In this document: positions 52,450 to 62,316 of the stretch, piece by piece
How the letters are laid out: each line of letters begins with the position of its first letter
How positions within the stretch are numbered: position 1 is the stretch's first letter
Source of the DNA: an uncultured beta proteobacterium
GTDB lineage: Bacteria > Pseudomonadota > Gammaproteobacteria > Burkholderiales > Rhodocyclaceae
Direction: 5' to 3'
NCBI GenBank assembly: GCA_963810175.1
Contig: CAWEMU010000053.1
Coordinates: forward strand, 85,515-149,514
Length of the DNA stretch: 64,000 nt
The notes under the pieces: generated by a model
What the model was told of the DNA's origin: nothing
Database searches by the model: none
What the model saw: only the letters and a program-made list of their open reading frames with translations
Program-made: the position numbers and the translations under genes

Positions 52450-54006
52450 TCAAATCATCGCTTCGATCAGGCGCGGGCCCTTGTTCCTCATCGCCGATTC
52501 GTACTGTGCCGCGAACTCCTCGGCAGTCGTCGCGCGACTGGCCTCGACCCCCAGGCCGGTGGCGATCTGCGTCCAGTTCATTTCCGGATTGTGCAGATCG
52601 AGCATCGACAAGGCTTTGGCGCCGGCGCTGCCGATGCCGACCCGCTGCAACTCGATATTCAGGATCGCGTAGGAGCGGTTGGCGTAGATCACCGTGGTCA
52701 CGTCGAGTTGCTCGCGCGCCATGGTCCACAAAGCCTGCATGGTGTAGGCCGCGCCGCCATCGCCGTGCGGGCAGATCACCTTGCGCCCGGGCGCTGCCAG
52801 CGCCGCGCCGACGGCCAGCGGCAAGCCCTCGCCGATCGAGCCGCCGGTCAGCGGCAAATGCGTATGCGGCCGCGCCTGGGCGAGGTTCATCAGCAAGGGA
52901 AGACTCGAAGTCAGTGCCTCCTCGGCGAAGATGGCATGGTCCGGCGTCAGTTGGGCGATGACTTGCGCCACGCTCAAGGCGTTGAGCGCGCCGCTCGGCA
53001 GTCCGGGGAGCTTGAGCGGAATGCGCATGGCTGGCTGGGCCGGGGCCCCCAGCGCATCTGCCAGATCGTGCAGCGCCTTGACGCCGTCTTCATGGGGTTG
53101 CGCCAGATAGCTGAACTCGCAATTCTCGGGAGCACACCAGCTCGGCTTGCCCGGATAGGCGAAGAAGGATACCGGCGGCTTCGAACCCACCAGAACGATC
53201 TGTTCGATGCCCTGCAGGAAGGCAAGGATCTGCTCGGCAAAATAGGGTATGCGCTCGACCGGCACGCGGCCGGCGCCGAGCTCGGAATGCGGGGCGAAGG
53301 TGTCGCAGAAGAGGCGGGCGCCGGTCCTGGCCTGTACGCGGCCGGCGGCTTCGAGGCCGGCGCCATGAAGCGCCGGGCCGCGCAGCAGCAGGGCTGACTT
53401 CCTGCCGTTGCTCAACAGTCTCGCCACGTTCTCGATGGCCTCCGTGCCGACCGCCGACGGCCCGATGTCGGGCAGCGCCTGGGCGGCATGGTCGGCGGTG
53501 CTCCACGCGGTATCTGCCGGCAGGATAAGCGTGGCAATTCCACCGGGTGCGGCGCGCGCGGCCTGGACGGCACGGGCGGCATCGCCCGCGACGGTCTTGG
53601 CGCTCTTCGACTCATGGATCCAGGATGACACCGGTCGGGCGAAGCCAACGATGTCGGATGTCAGCAGGGCGTCGTATTGCAGATGATAGGTGGCATGATC
53701 GCCGACCACATTGACGATCGGCGTGGCGGCACGGCGGGCGTTGTGCAGGTTGGCGAGGCCATTGGCCAGGCCGGGGCCGAGGTGGAGCAGCGTGGCGGCG
53801 GGTTTGCCGGCGACACGTCCGTAGCCGTCCGCCGCCCCGGTCACCACGCCTTCGAACAGGCAGAGGACCGGGCGGATTCCGGGAATCGAATCCAGCGCCG
53901 CCACAAAATGCATCTCCGATGTGCCCGGGTTGGCAAAGCACACATCGACGCCACAATTGACCAGGGTCTTTGCGAGCGACTGGGCGCCGTTCATCTTTTC
54001 ATTCAT
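52450..54006 (-). CDS. ThDP-dependent enzyme (acetolactate synthase-like/benzoylformate decarboxylase-related)
   Basis: FANPGTSEMH, LHLGPGLANG, GDG..YT.QALWT...NRSY ThDP motif. Confidence 0.9.
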   Translation of the reverse strand: MNEKMNGAQSLAKTLVNCGVDVCFANPGTSEMHFVAALDSIPGIRPVLCLFEGVVTGAADGYGRVAGKPAATLLHLGPGLANGLANLHNARRAATPIVNVVGDHATYHLQYDALLTSDIVGFARPVSSWIHESKSAKTVAGDAARAVQAARAAPGGIATLILPADTAWSTADHAAQALPDIGPSAVGTEAIENVARLLSNGRKSALLLRGPALHGAGLEAAGRVQARTGARLFCDTFAPHSELGAGRVPVERIPYFAEQILAFLQGIEQIVLVGSKPPVSFFAYPGKPSWCAPENCEFSYLAQPHEDGVKALHDLADALGAPAQPAMRIPLKLPGLPSGALNALSVAQVIAQLTPDHAIFAEEALTSSLPLLMNLAQARPHTHLPLTGGSIGEGLPLAVGAALAAPGRKVICPHGDGGAAYTMQALWTMAREQLDVTTVIYANRSYAILNIELQRVGIGSAGAKALSMLDLHNPEMNWTQIATGLGVEASRATTAEEFAAQYESAMRNKGPRLIEAMI

Positions 54007-54118
54007 CTAGTGTCTCCTCCGGAAATGGTCGGCGAACAGAAATTCGAGTGCAGTATGCACAAGCCAATTGAATTCATCCAATGTATTATTTTCCTATCAG
54101 TCATGCATTTTACGCATC

Positions 54119-55042
54119 ATGGACATTCGCCATCTGCAGCACGTTCTGCTTCTTGCCGAGGAACTGAACTTCAGTCGCGCTGCCGAGCGTGCGCATCTGA
54201 CGCAATCGGCCTTCAGCCGCAGCATCCAGACTGCCGAGATGCAGGCCGGGGTGAAGTTCTTCGACCGCACCCAGCGCTCGGTCAAGCCCACCGCCGTCGG
54301 CAAGCGGATCATCGAGCGTGGCCGGAGCATCCTGTCAGAAGCCAGGGATCTCGACCGCGAAATCCGCTTTCTCGAGAGCGGGCATGCCGGCCAACTGTCG
54401 ATCGGCGCCGGGACGACGATTGCCGCCAGCATTCTTCCCGGCGTGACCACGCGCTTCCACCGGGCGCACCCGCAGGTCGGCCTGGAGATCGAGGTGAGCC
54501 ACTGGAGCCTTCTCCTCGACGATCTGCTCAACGAGAAGCTCGATTTCTTCATCGCCGATATCTCGGAACTCACCGAGGTTCCCGGGCTTGCGATCCAGCG
54601 CCTCGACGCGCAGCGCGGATCGTTTTATTGTCGCGCCGGCCACCCGTTGCTTGGGGCAACGATCACGCGCGAGCGACTGGTCGCCTGCGAATATGTCGCC
54701 CCGCAGTTGCCCCGCAAGCTGCGGCGGCGGCTGGCCGAATTCCTGGGTGTCGAAGGCGGTGCGCTCGATGCGCTGATCATCGAATGCAACAGCATGGATG
54801 TGCTGCGCGCGCTGGTACGCGACACCGATGTGCTGCTCCTCAATCTTGCGGTTGCGGTCAACAGCGAGGTGAGCGCGGGAACGCTGGTCGACCTGTGGCC
54901 CCATATGCCGCGGGCGCTCAGGCAGAGCCCGGGTTTCGCCAGTGAATGGGGTATCGTGCGGCTTGCCTCGCGCACGCAGAGCCCGGCGGCGGAAACCTTC
55001 ATTTCCTCTCTGGTCGAGTCGGCTCAGCCAGACGGCCGGTGA
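54119..55042 (+). CDS. LysR family regulator, divergent from the hydroxyacid operon
   Basis: NFSRAAERAHLTQSAFSRSI HTH. Confidence 0.93.
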   Translation: MDIRHLQHVLLLAEELNFSRAAERAHLTQSAFSRSIQTAEMQAGVKFFDRTQRSVKPTAVGKRIIERGRSILSEARDLDREIRFLESGHAGQLSIGAGTTIAASILPGVTTRFHRAHPQVGLEIEVSHWSLLLDDLLNEKLDFFIADISELTEVPGLAIQRLDAQRGSFYCRAGHPLLGATITRERLVACEYVAPQLPRKLRRRLAEFLGVEGGALDALIIECNSMDVLRALVRDTDVLLLNLAVAVNSEVSAGTLVDLWPHMPRALRQSPGFASEWGIVRLASRTQSPAAETFISSLVESAQPDGR

Positions 55043-56057
55043 ACGACCGGCCGGCGCCTGTCAATTGGCGCAAACGGCGCGGGGAGTCACCAAACCAGCG
55101 CACGCAGCTGCGTGACAGCGCCGATTGTTCGGCATAGCCGAGCGCGCTCGCGATCTGGGTCATCGAAAGTCCCGCCTGGGCGATCAGCGATCTGGCCATC
55201 TCCCTGCGCACTTCGTCCTTGATCTCCTCGAAGCGGGCGCCTTCCCGGGTCAGGCGGCGATGCAGGGTGCGCGGGTGCATGGCGAGGGACGCGGCGATAT
55301 TGTCAACCCCGCAACGCCCGGCCGCCAGCAGAGGCCGGATCAGCGCCCGGACGCGGACGGCCAGGCGTTCCTCGCCGCGACCGTACTGGCTCTGCAGATA
55401 GCTTAGCGCGGCGCCGGCGAGCTCGGCATTGCGATCGTTGACCGGCAGGTCGAGATCCTTGCGCGAAATGCGGATCCCGGCGCCGGGCTGCTCGAAAAGG
55501 AGCTTGCCGCGCAGGCGTTCCCGGTAGCTGCGCAGCGGGGCAATCCGGGAATGCGGCAGGCAGATCGCCAGCGGTTTGCACGTGCCCCCGGTTAACAGAT
55601 CGATGGCCTTGTGCGCCAGGCCCACCGCCAGCTCCATCTGCTGGCGGCGGGCGATCTGGCGGCGCAGCCTGAGGTCCACCGCGATCATGACTTGTCCCGG
55701 ATCCGCCTGGGGCAGCAGATACAGGCTCAATGCGCTTCCCTGCACGTGGATGTAGCGGGCGAAGCAGTCGAGGGCTTCGCGCAGATTCGCGGAGTTTTGT
55801 GCGGCGAGGGCAATCGGGCCCAGTACGCTCAAGTCCTGGCGGTCGAGCAGGCGCAGGCCGAAATCGGGGCAGCGCAATCCGTCGGCGGCATCTTCGAGCA
55901 ACTGGATGAAGGCGCGATGCGATATATAGATATCCGGCTGCTCGAGTTCGGCGGGATTCAGCCCGGCGTCGCGCAGCAGTTGCAGCGCATCGCCACCCAG
56001 TTCCGTGGCGAGCGGTGCGAATCCGACGATCGACTGCGCGCGAAGCTGGTGTGCCAT
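54999..56057 (-). CDS. AraC family regulator
   Basis: CPDFGLRL, C-terminal HTH MHPRTLHRRL, LGYAEQSALSR. Confidence 0.92.
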   Translation of the reverse strand: MAHQLRAQSIVGFAPLATELGGDALQLLRDAGLNPAELEQPDIYISHRAFIQLLEDAADGLRCPDFGLRLLDRQDLSVLGPIALAAQNSANLREALDCFARYIHVQGSALSLYLLPQADPGQVMIAVDLRLRRQIARRQQMELAVGLAHKAIDLLTGGTCKPLAICLPHSRIAPLRSYRERLRGKLLFEQPGAGIRISRKDLDLPVNDRNAELAGAALSYLQSQYGRGEERLAVRVRALIRPLLAAGRCGVDNIAASLAMHPRTLHRRLTREGARFEEIKDEVRREMARSLIAQAGLSMTQIASALGYAEQSALSRSCVRWFGDSPRRLRQLTGAGRSFTGRLAEPTRPERK

Positions 56058-56098
56058 CGGCTTTTCTGTTGGCTAAGTTTTCAAACATAGCAAAAAAA

Positions 56099-56113
56099 TG
56101 TCCGCAAGTGACA
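56099..56113. promoter_or_regulatory. Palindrome TGTC-N7-GACA, candidate AraC operator
   Basis: Lies in the AT-rich araC/adh divergent intergenic region. Confidence 0.4.
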
Positions 56114-56199
56114 AGTTTTTTTGTGGGGTATCTTCATGATATGGAGTTGTCGGATCAGCCAATTCGTTGCCTCTCTCGAACATCGTCAAGGAATAGCCA

Positions 56200-58344
56200 A
56201 TGACAAGCACCCATCGAGTCGCCGCCATCGTCAGCGGCCTGTGCCTTCTGATCAGCCCTGCGCTGGCTGGCGCCACGGAAAAGCCGGCGGCAGTCGATGC
56301 CCGGCGCTTGAGCGCCGCCGACAAGGAGCCCGGCAACTGGATGAGCCATGGCCGCACCTATGGCGAGCAGCGCTTCTCGCCGCTGACCAAGGTTAACGAC
56401 AGGAACATCGATCAGCTCGGCCTCGCCTGGCAGTTCAAGTATGACCTCGACCGCGTCGTCGAGGCCACCCCGATTGTCGTCGATGGCGTGCTCTACACCA
56501 CCGGCGCCTACAGCATGGTCTATGCGCTTGACGCGACCAACGGCAAGCTGCTGTGGAAATACGACCCCGAGGTCTATCGCGGAATTCAGGGCACCGGTTG
56601 TTGCGATGCCGCAAACCGCGGCGTCGCCGTCTGGAAGGGCAGGGTCTATGTCGGCGTCTATGATGGCCGATTGGTGGCGCTCGACGCCAGGACCGGCAGG
56701 AAGGTCTGGTCGGTCGACACGGTCATCGACCACGAGCGGAACTACACGATCACCGGGGCGCCGCGCATCGTCAAGGGCAAGGTCATCATCGGCAACGGCG
56801 GCGCCGAATTCGGCGTCCGCGGCTATGTGACGGCGTACGACGCGGCGACCGGAAAGCAGGCCTGGCGGTTCTTTACCGTACCGGGGGATCCGGCCAAGGG
56901 CGACGAGAGCGACACCATCACCATGATCCGCAAGACCTGGCATGGGGACCAGTACTGGAAGCAGGGCGGCGGCGGCACGGCATGGAATGCGATGGCCTAC
57001 GACCCCGAACTCGACCTGCTCTACATCGGCATCGGCAACGGCTCGGTCTGGAACTACGGCTTGCGTTCGGAGGGCAAGGGCGACAACCTGTTCCTGTCCT
57101 CGATCGTCGCCGTCAGGCCGGACACCGGCAAGTACGTCTGGCATTACCAGACGACGCCCGGCGACGCCTGGGATTACACCGCCACCCAGGACATCATCGT
57201 CGCCACGCTGCCGATCGACGGCAAGCCGCGCAAGGTCGTCATGCAGGCGCCGAAGAACGGCTTCTTCTACGTCCTCGATGCCGCCACCGGCCAGTTCATC
57301 TCGGCCGAGAAGTTCGGCTCGATCGTGACCTGGGCCAAGGGGATCGACAAGACCACCGGCCGCCCGATCTTCGATCCGGAAGCGGCGGATTACTGGACCA
57401 AGGGCGAGGCCAAGCTGGTCTTCCCGGGCTCGCAGGGCGCGCACAACTGGCATCCGATGAGCTTCAACCCGCAGACCGGTCTTGTGTACATTCCGCAGCA
57501 CACCACCGCCGAGCACTACGACCCGCTGAAAGTGGCGCGCAAGCCGGCCAAGGGGATCCCCAATCTCGGTGTCGAAATGCCGGTGGTGCCCGAGGACAGA
57601 AAGGGACTGGACGAACTGGCCAAGCTCTTCACCGGCAAGTTGCAGGCCTGGGACCCGGTGCAGCAGAAGGAAATCTGGTCGGTGCCCTACCCGATGATGT
57701 CGAATGGCGGCACCATGACCACAGCCGGCAATCTGGTGTTCCAGGGCACGACGCATGGTGAACTGATCGCCTATGCCGCCGACAGCGGCAGGAAGCTGTG
57801 GCAGCGCGAAGTCAGCAGCGGCGTGGTCGCCGGGCCGGTGACCTATGAAGTCAGGGGCGAGCAGTACGTCGCCTTCAACGTCGGCTGGGGCGGCGCCTTC
57901 CCGATCGCGTTCGGCGCTGTCGCGCAGCGCTCGCCCAGCGTGCCTGACTCGCGCCTGTTCGTCTTCAAGCTCGGCGGTACCGCGGCAATGCCCGAGGTCA
58001 GGCGTCGCGTTTTCGCCCCGCCGGCGCCGCCGCCGCAAACCGCCAGCGCCGAGACCGTGCAGGCCGGCCGGAAGCTGTATGCCGACAACTGCGGCGCATG
58101 CCACGGTTTCGGCGCCATGAGCGCCAATGTCATTCCCGATCTTCGTTATCTGGACGCGGAAAAGCACAAGGAACTCGAGGCCATCGTCTATGGCGCCCGT
58201 TCGCATCTGGGCATGCCGCCTTTCGGCGACCGCCTGGAGACGGATGACATTGAAAAGATTCGCGCCTTTCTGATCAGGCGCGCCCATGATTTGAAAAACG
58301 AACTGGCGGGCGCCCCGCCCGCCACCGAGGAGAAGACAAAATGA
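56200..58344 (+). CDS. Type II quinohemoprotein (PQQ + heme c) alcohol dehydrogenase
   Basis: EQRFSPL, EATP, vicinal CC (GCCD..NRG), GNGGAEFGVRG, WDYT, QAPKNG, CGACHG. Confidence 0.94.
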   Translation: MTSTHRVAAIVSGLCLLISPALAGATEKPAAVDARRLSAADKEPGNWMSHGRTYGEQRFSPLTKVNDRNIDQLGLAWQFKYDLDRVVEATPIVVDGVLYTTGAYSMVYALDATNGKLLWKYDPEVYRGIQGTGCCDAANRGVAVWKGRVYVGVYDGRLVALDARTGRKVWSVDTVIDHERNYTITGAPRIVKGKVIIGNGGAEFGVRGYVTAYDAATGKQAWRFFTVPGDPAKGDESDTITMIRKTWHGDQYWKQGGGGTAWNAMAYDPELDLLYIGIGNGSVWNYGLRSEGKGDNLFLSSIVAVRPDTGKYVWHYQTTPGDAWDYTATQDIIVATLPIDGKPRKVVMQAPKNGFFYVLDAATGQFISAEKFGSIVTWAKGIDKTTGRPIFDPEAADYWTKGEAKLVFPGSQGAHNWHPMSFNPQTGLVYIPQHTTAEHYDPLKVARKPAKGIPNLGVEMPVVPEDRKGLDELAKLFTGKLQAWDPVQQKEIWSVPYPMMSNGGTMTTAGNLVFQGTTHGELIAYAADSGRKLWQREVSSGVVAGPVTYEVRGEQYVAFNVGWGGAFPIAFGAVAQRSPSVPDSRLFVFKLGGTAAMPEVRRRVFAPPAPPPQTASAETVQAGRKLYADNCGACHGFGAMSANVIPDLRYLDAEKHKELEAIVYGARSHLGMPPFGDRLETDDIEKIRAFLIRRAHDLKNELAGAPPATEEKTK

Positions 58345-59783
58345 CCCAGAATCGCGTGAAAGATCCGCTGGTTATCCCGGCTGAATTCCTGAGCGTCCTG
58401 CAGAAACAGCAGGCTGCGTACAGGCGCAACATGAACCCCGGCCTCGAGGAGCGCCGCGCCGACCTGCGCAGCCTGCACCGCTTGCTGGTCGAGAACCACG
58501 AAGAGATCGTCGCCGCCGTCAATCAGGATTACGGCTGTCGCTGCAGGTTCGAAACCAAGTTTGCCGAGACCTACATGGCGCAGGAAGCGATCCTCGATAC
58601 CATCAAGCATCTGAAGAAGTGGCTGAAACCGCATCAGCGCTCTCTCGATCCGACCCAGTATCCCCTGGCCAAGGCCTGGACCTTTCCGCAACCGGTCGGC
58701 GTCGTCGGCATCGTCGTGCCGTGGAATTTCCCGATAGCGATGACTTTCCAGCCGCTGATCGGCGTCTTTGCCGCCGGCAACCGGGCGATGATCAAGATGT
58801 CCGAGAACTCGAACAACCTGGCAATGTTGCTCAAGCGGGTTTCATCGAATTATTTCCCGGAAGACAAGCTCGCCTTCTTCGAGGATGGCGGCGGTCGCGG
58901 CCCCCAATTCACATCCCTGCCTTTCGATCACATCTTCTTCACCGGCTCGCCCGCCACCGGCAAGGCGGTGATGGCCAACGCCGCGAAAAACCTCACGCCG
59001 GTCACGCTCGAACTGGGCGGCAAGTCCCCGTGTGTCGTGGCGCCCGATTACCCGATTCGCACCGCCGCTGAACGCATCATCTGGGCGAAGATGCTCAATG
59101 CCGGCCAGATCTGCACCAACGTCGATTACCTGTTTCTTCCCGAAGGCACGGTCGAGGAATTCATTCGCGAAGCCAAGGACATCGTCAGCAAGCGCTTTCC
59201 CGACATCAACAACGGCGATTACACGGCGGTCATCGACCAGCGCTCCTACGACCGCCTGCAGGAAACTGCTGCCGATGCCGTCGCCAAGGGTGCCGAACTG
59301 GTCGACCTCTACAGCGGACCGGCGGCCGACGGCGCGCGCCGGATCATGCCGCCGCGCATCGCGATCAACGTCGATGAAAGCATGGACATCATGCAGCGCG
59401 AGATCTTCGGCCCGCTGCTGCCGATCATGACCTACCAGACCAAGGAGGAAGTCGTCGAGTACGTCGGCGACCGTCCGCGGCCGCTGGCTTTCTATGTGTA
59501 CAGCAACGATACCGACCTGCAGGAGTTCTACATGAACAACACCATTTCCGGTGGCGTCGGCCTCAACGAATCGGTGATCCAGGCCGGTATCCACAATCTT
59601 CCCTTCGGTGGCATCGGCAACAGCGGGATGGGTCACTATCACGGCTACGAGGGCTTCATCACCTTCTCCAAATTGCGCCCCGTCTTCAAGCAGAGCCCGT
59701 TGCGTACGCTCGACCTGTTCGTGCCGCCCTACAAGGGCCTGCCCAACACGCTCCTCAATATCATGCACAAGATGAAGAGCTGA
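58341..59783 (+). CDS. Aldehyde dehydrogenase (coniferyl aldehyde/ALDH3-like)
   Basis: PWNFP, FTGS, LELGGKSP, NAGQIC, EIFGP, PFGGIGNSGMG; overlaps the adh stop. Confidence 0.93.
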   Translation: MTQNRVKDPLVIPAEFLSVLQKQQAAYRRNMNPGLEERRADLRSLHRLLVENHEEIVAAVNQDYGCRCRFETKFAETYMAQEAILDTIKHLKKWLKPHQRSLDPTQYPLAKAWTFPQPVGVVGIVVPWNFPIAMTFQPLIGVFAAGNRAMIKMSENSNNLAMLLKRVSSNYFPEDKLAFFEDGGGRGPQFTSLPFDHIFFTGSPATGKAVMANAAKNLTPVTLELGGKSPCVVAPDYPIRTAAERIIWAKMLNAGQICTNVDYLFLPEGTVEEFIREAKDIVSKRFPDINNGDYTAVIDQRSYDRLQETAADAVAKGAELVDLYSGPAADGARRIMPPRIAINVDESMDIMQREIFGPLLPIMTYQTKEEVVEYVGDRPRPLAFYVYSNDTDLQEFYMNNTISGGVGLNESVIQAGIHNLPFGGIGNSGMGHYHGYEGFITFSKLRPVFKQSPLRTLDLFVPPYKGLPNTLLNIMHKMKS

Positions 59784-59912
59784 CCGCCGCCGGGTTTATA
59801 CTTGCCCGGCGTTGCCGGCCGCGAGGGCTGGCATTGGTCAGCCGTGCCCGCGGTCGCCGAGCCCGTCCCCGGTCTCGCTGCGGCCCGTGCCGGCGTTCAG
59901 GAGGAAAGCTCA

Positions 59913-60296
59913 GTGTTGGACAACCACTGGTGCGCATCGGTCGATGCCACCATCGATTTGCGGACCGGTTGCAATCCGCTGGAGAAGCATGGGCCGCAGG
60001 CCGTGATCGTGCATGCCGACGCCTGGGCGCCGGTCGATGTCGTCGCCGATCCGCATGACATCCGGCAGGTGATCGACTACGAGGTGATCTTCCTGGCGAT
60101 CCGCAAGCTCGAAGGCAACCCGCATTCGATCTGCCTGGAAACCAGCATTCTCGAAGTCATGGATGCCATTTTTTCGATGGCGATCGTGACCGCGGCCTTC
60201 GTCTCGATGCACAAGCCGCACGTTTACAACGGGCAGGGCACGCCGGCCATCTCGCTGTCGCTGACCCGCGAGCAGTGGGAGAAGCGGCGGGCATGA
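59913..60296 (+). CDS. Divergent dihydroneopterin aldolase (FolB, T-fold) homolog
   Basis: GTG after AGGAGG; G..(P)LE....Q, VIDY, LET, KPHVY align by eye to FolB E21, Y53, E73, K98. Confidence 0.7.
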   Translation: MLDNHWCASVDATIDLRTGCNPLEKHGPQAVIVHADAWAPVDVVADPHDIRQVIDYEVIFLAIRKLEGNPHSICLETSILEVMDAIFSMAIVTAAFVSMHKPHVYNGQGTPAISLSLTREQWEKRRA

Positions 60297-60829
60297 TCGC
60301 CGCGATCGGCGCGGTCGCGAGCAACGGCATGCTCGGGCTGGACGGCTGGCTGCCGTGGGATATCCCCGAGGAACTCGCCTATTTCGAGGAAACGGTGGCC
60401 GGGGCGGCGCTGGTCATCGGCCGCCTGACCTACGAGTCGATGGACGTCGTCCCCGGGGATTCGTTCGTCGTCAGCAGCCAGCCCGGACTGGCATTGCGTC
60501 CGGGCTGTATCCAGGTGGATTCGGTCGAAAAAGGACTGTTGACCGCAACAGCCACCGGAAAGGACGTTTTCGTGATCGGCGGCGCGTCGATCTACGCGGC
60601 GGCCTGGCCCTACTGCCAGCGCTTCTACCTGACCCGCATCGGGATGCCGTTCGCCGGCGATACGCTCTTCCCGGAAAGCATTCCGCTCGACTCCTGGACG
60701 GTGATCAGCGACGTGCGGAAGACTTTTCTCGAGCGGAAATCAGGCCGCGAAGTCGAGTGCCGTTTCCTGCAGTACGAGCAGCCCCACCCGCGCCGCCTCC
60801 CTACGGCTGGTCCGTCGCCAGCAGGTTGA
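60293..60829 (+). CDS. Divergent dihydrofolate reductase-fold protein
   Basis: A.NG.LG....LPW, IGR.TYES, VIGGASIY, YLTRI...FAGDT.FP; ATGA overlap with the folB-like gene. Confidence 0.88.
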   Translation: MIAAIGAVASNGMLGLDGWLPWDIPEELAYFEETVAGAALVIGRLTYESMDVVPGDSFVVSSQPGLALRPGCIQVDSVEKGLLTATATGKDVFVIGGASIYAAAWPYCQRFYLTRIGMPFAGDTLFPESIPLDSWTVISDVRKTFLERKSGREVECRFLQYEQPHPRRLPTAGPSPAG

Positions 60830-60961
60830 GCAGCGAATCGAGTCCGCCGAAGTTGATTGCGACATCGGCCCTGGCGCGGATTGCCGGCCTGGCGCCGGTG
60901 GCCGCCAGCAGGCGCTCGAGCAGAAAGGTCGGCACGGCGCCGCCGTGGACGACCAGGTCCA

Positions 60962-62179
60962 TCAGTCGATGACGTGCGAAACCAGGCCGTCGGCGAGTTT
61001 GGGCTCGAACCAGGTCGATTTCGGCGGCATGACCTGGCCCGAATCGGCCACCGCCATCAGGTCGCCCATCTGCGTCGCGTGCAGCGCGAAGGCGACGGCC
61101 ATCTCGCCGCTATCGACGCGGCGCTCGAGTTCGCCGAGGCCGCGGATGCCGCCGACGAAATCGATGCGCTTGTCGCGGCGCAGGTCGCCGATGCCGAGGA
61201 CGGGCTCCAGCAACTGGTCGGAAAGCAGGCTGACGTCGAGCCGGCGCACCGGGTCCGCGACGGGAACCAGCGTCGGGTCGATTTCCAGCCGGTACCAGCG
61301 GCCGCCGAGGTACATGCCGACCACGCCGGGCTTGTCCGGATGCACGGCGGCCGCCGCCGGCGTGACGGCGAAGCGCTCGCCGACGCGGGCGAGGAATTCG
61401 GCCGGCGCCAGGCCATTCAGGTCACGCACGACGCGGTTGTAGTCGAGGATGCGCATCTGGTGCGCGGGAAAGATGACCGCCAGGAAAGCCTGGGCGCTGG
61501 CTTGCCCGCGGCGGCTGGCGGCGACGCGCGAGGCCGCTGCCGAGCGGTGGTGGCCGTCGGCGATGTAGAGATTGGGCATGGCGTCGAAAGCCGTGCTCAG
61601 GCCGGCGATGGTCGCCGCATCGTCGATCAGCCAGACGGTATGGCGCACCCCGTCCGCCGTCACGTCGGCGACGGGCGCTCCGCCGGTTGCCCGGGCGATG
61701 AGGGCGTCGACATCGGGCGAGTCGGGGCAGGCGAGCAGCACCGGGCCGGTCTGCGCGGAAAGCGCCTCGATCTGGCGGACACGGTCGTCCTCCTTGTCGG
61801 GGCGGGTGAATTCGTGCTTGCGGATGCGGTTGCTGTCGTAGTCGGCGACCGACGCGGCGGCGACGATGCCGGTCTGCACATGCTCGCCCATGGTCATCCG
61901 GTAGGCGTAATAGCACGGCGCCGCATCGCGGATCAGGATGCCATCGGCGATCAGGCGGCGGAAATTCTCGGCCGATTTGGCGTAGACCGCGGGGGCGTAG
62001 GGGTCGGTATCCGGCGGCAGATCAATCTCGGCCTTGGAGATATGCAGGAAGTTGCAGGGCTTGCCGGCGGCGCGCTCGCGGGCTTCCGCGCTGGAAAGAA
62101 CGTCGTAGGGTGGCGCGGCGACATCGGCTGCGCGCCCGGGTGCCGGGCGCAGGCCGCGGAATGGCTGGATGAGGGGCAT
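60962..62179 (-). CDS. DUF1015 family protein
   Basis: APPYDV, IRKHEFTR, YIADGHHR, MPPKSTWFEPKL. Confidence 0.9.
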   Translation of the reverse strand: MPLIQPFRGLRPAPGRAADVAAPPYDVLSSAEARERAAGKPCNFLHISKAEIDLPPDTDPYAPAVYAKSAENFRRLIADGILIRDAAPCYYAYRMTMGEHVQTGIVAAASVADYDSNRIRKHEFTRPDKEDDRVRQIEALSAQTGPVLLACPDSPDVDALIARATGGAPVADVTADGVRHTVWLIDDAATIAGLSTAFDAMPNLYIADGHHRSAAASRVAASRRGQASAQAFLAVIFPAHQMRILDYNRVVRDLNGLAPAEFLARVGERFAVTPAAAAVHPDKPGVVGMYLGGRWYRLEIDPTLVPVADPVRRLDVSLLSDQLLEPVLGIGDLRRDKRIDFVGGIRGLGELERRVDSGEMAVAFALHATQMGDLMAVADSGQVMPPKSTWFEPKLADGLVSHVID

Positions 62180-62316
62180 GGCGGATAATTCCTGATTATT
62201 TTTGAGCGGGTGTCGGGCTGAAAACATTGGGGCGGTCCCAAATGCAATCCCAACAATTAAATGAACCTGAAGATCATCTAGCAGGCCCCTTTGGTTGTGC
62301 TGTTTCGTCTGCAGCG

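Noticed and set aside
56155-58287. Long antisense ORFs (also 45123-46928, 38944-40581, 31030-32517)
   Set aside because: Shadow frames of high-GC genes on the opposite strand with no recognisable motifs
56200-58344. Lanthanide-dependent ADH
   Set aside because: The metal-site motif reads WDYT, lacking the additional Asp (D-x-D) of Ln-dependent enzymes; calcium type is more likely
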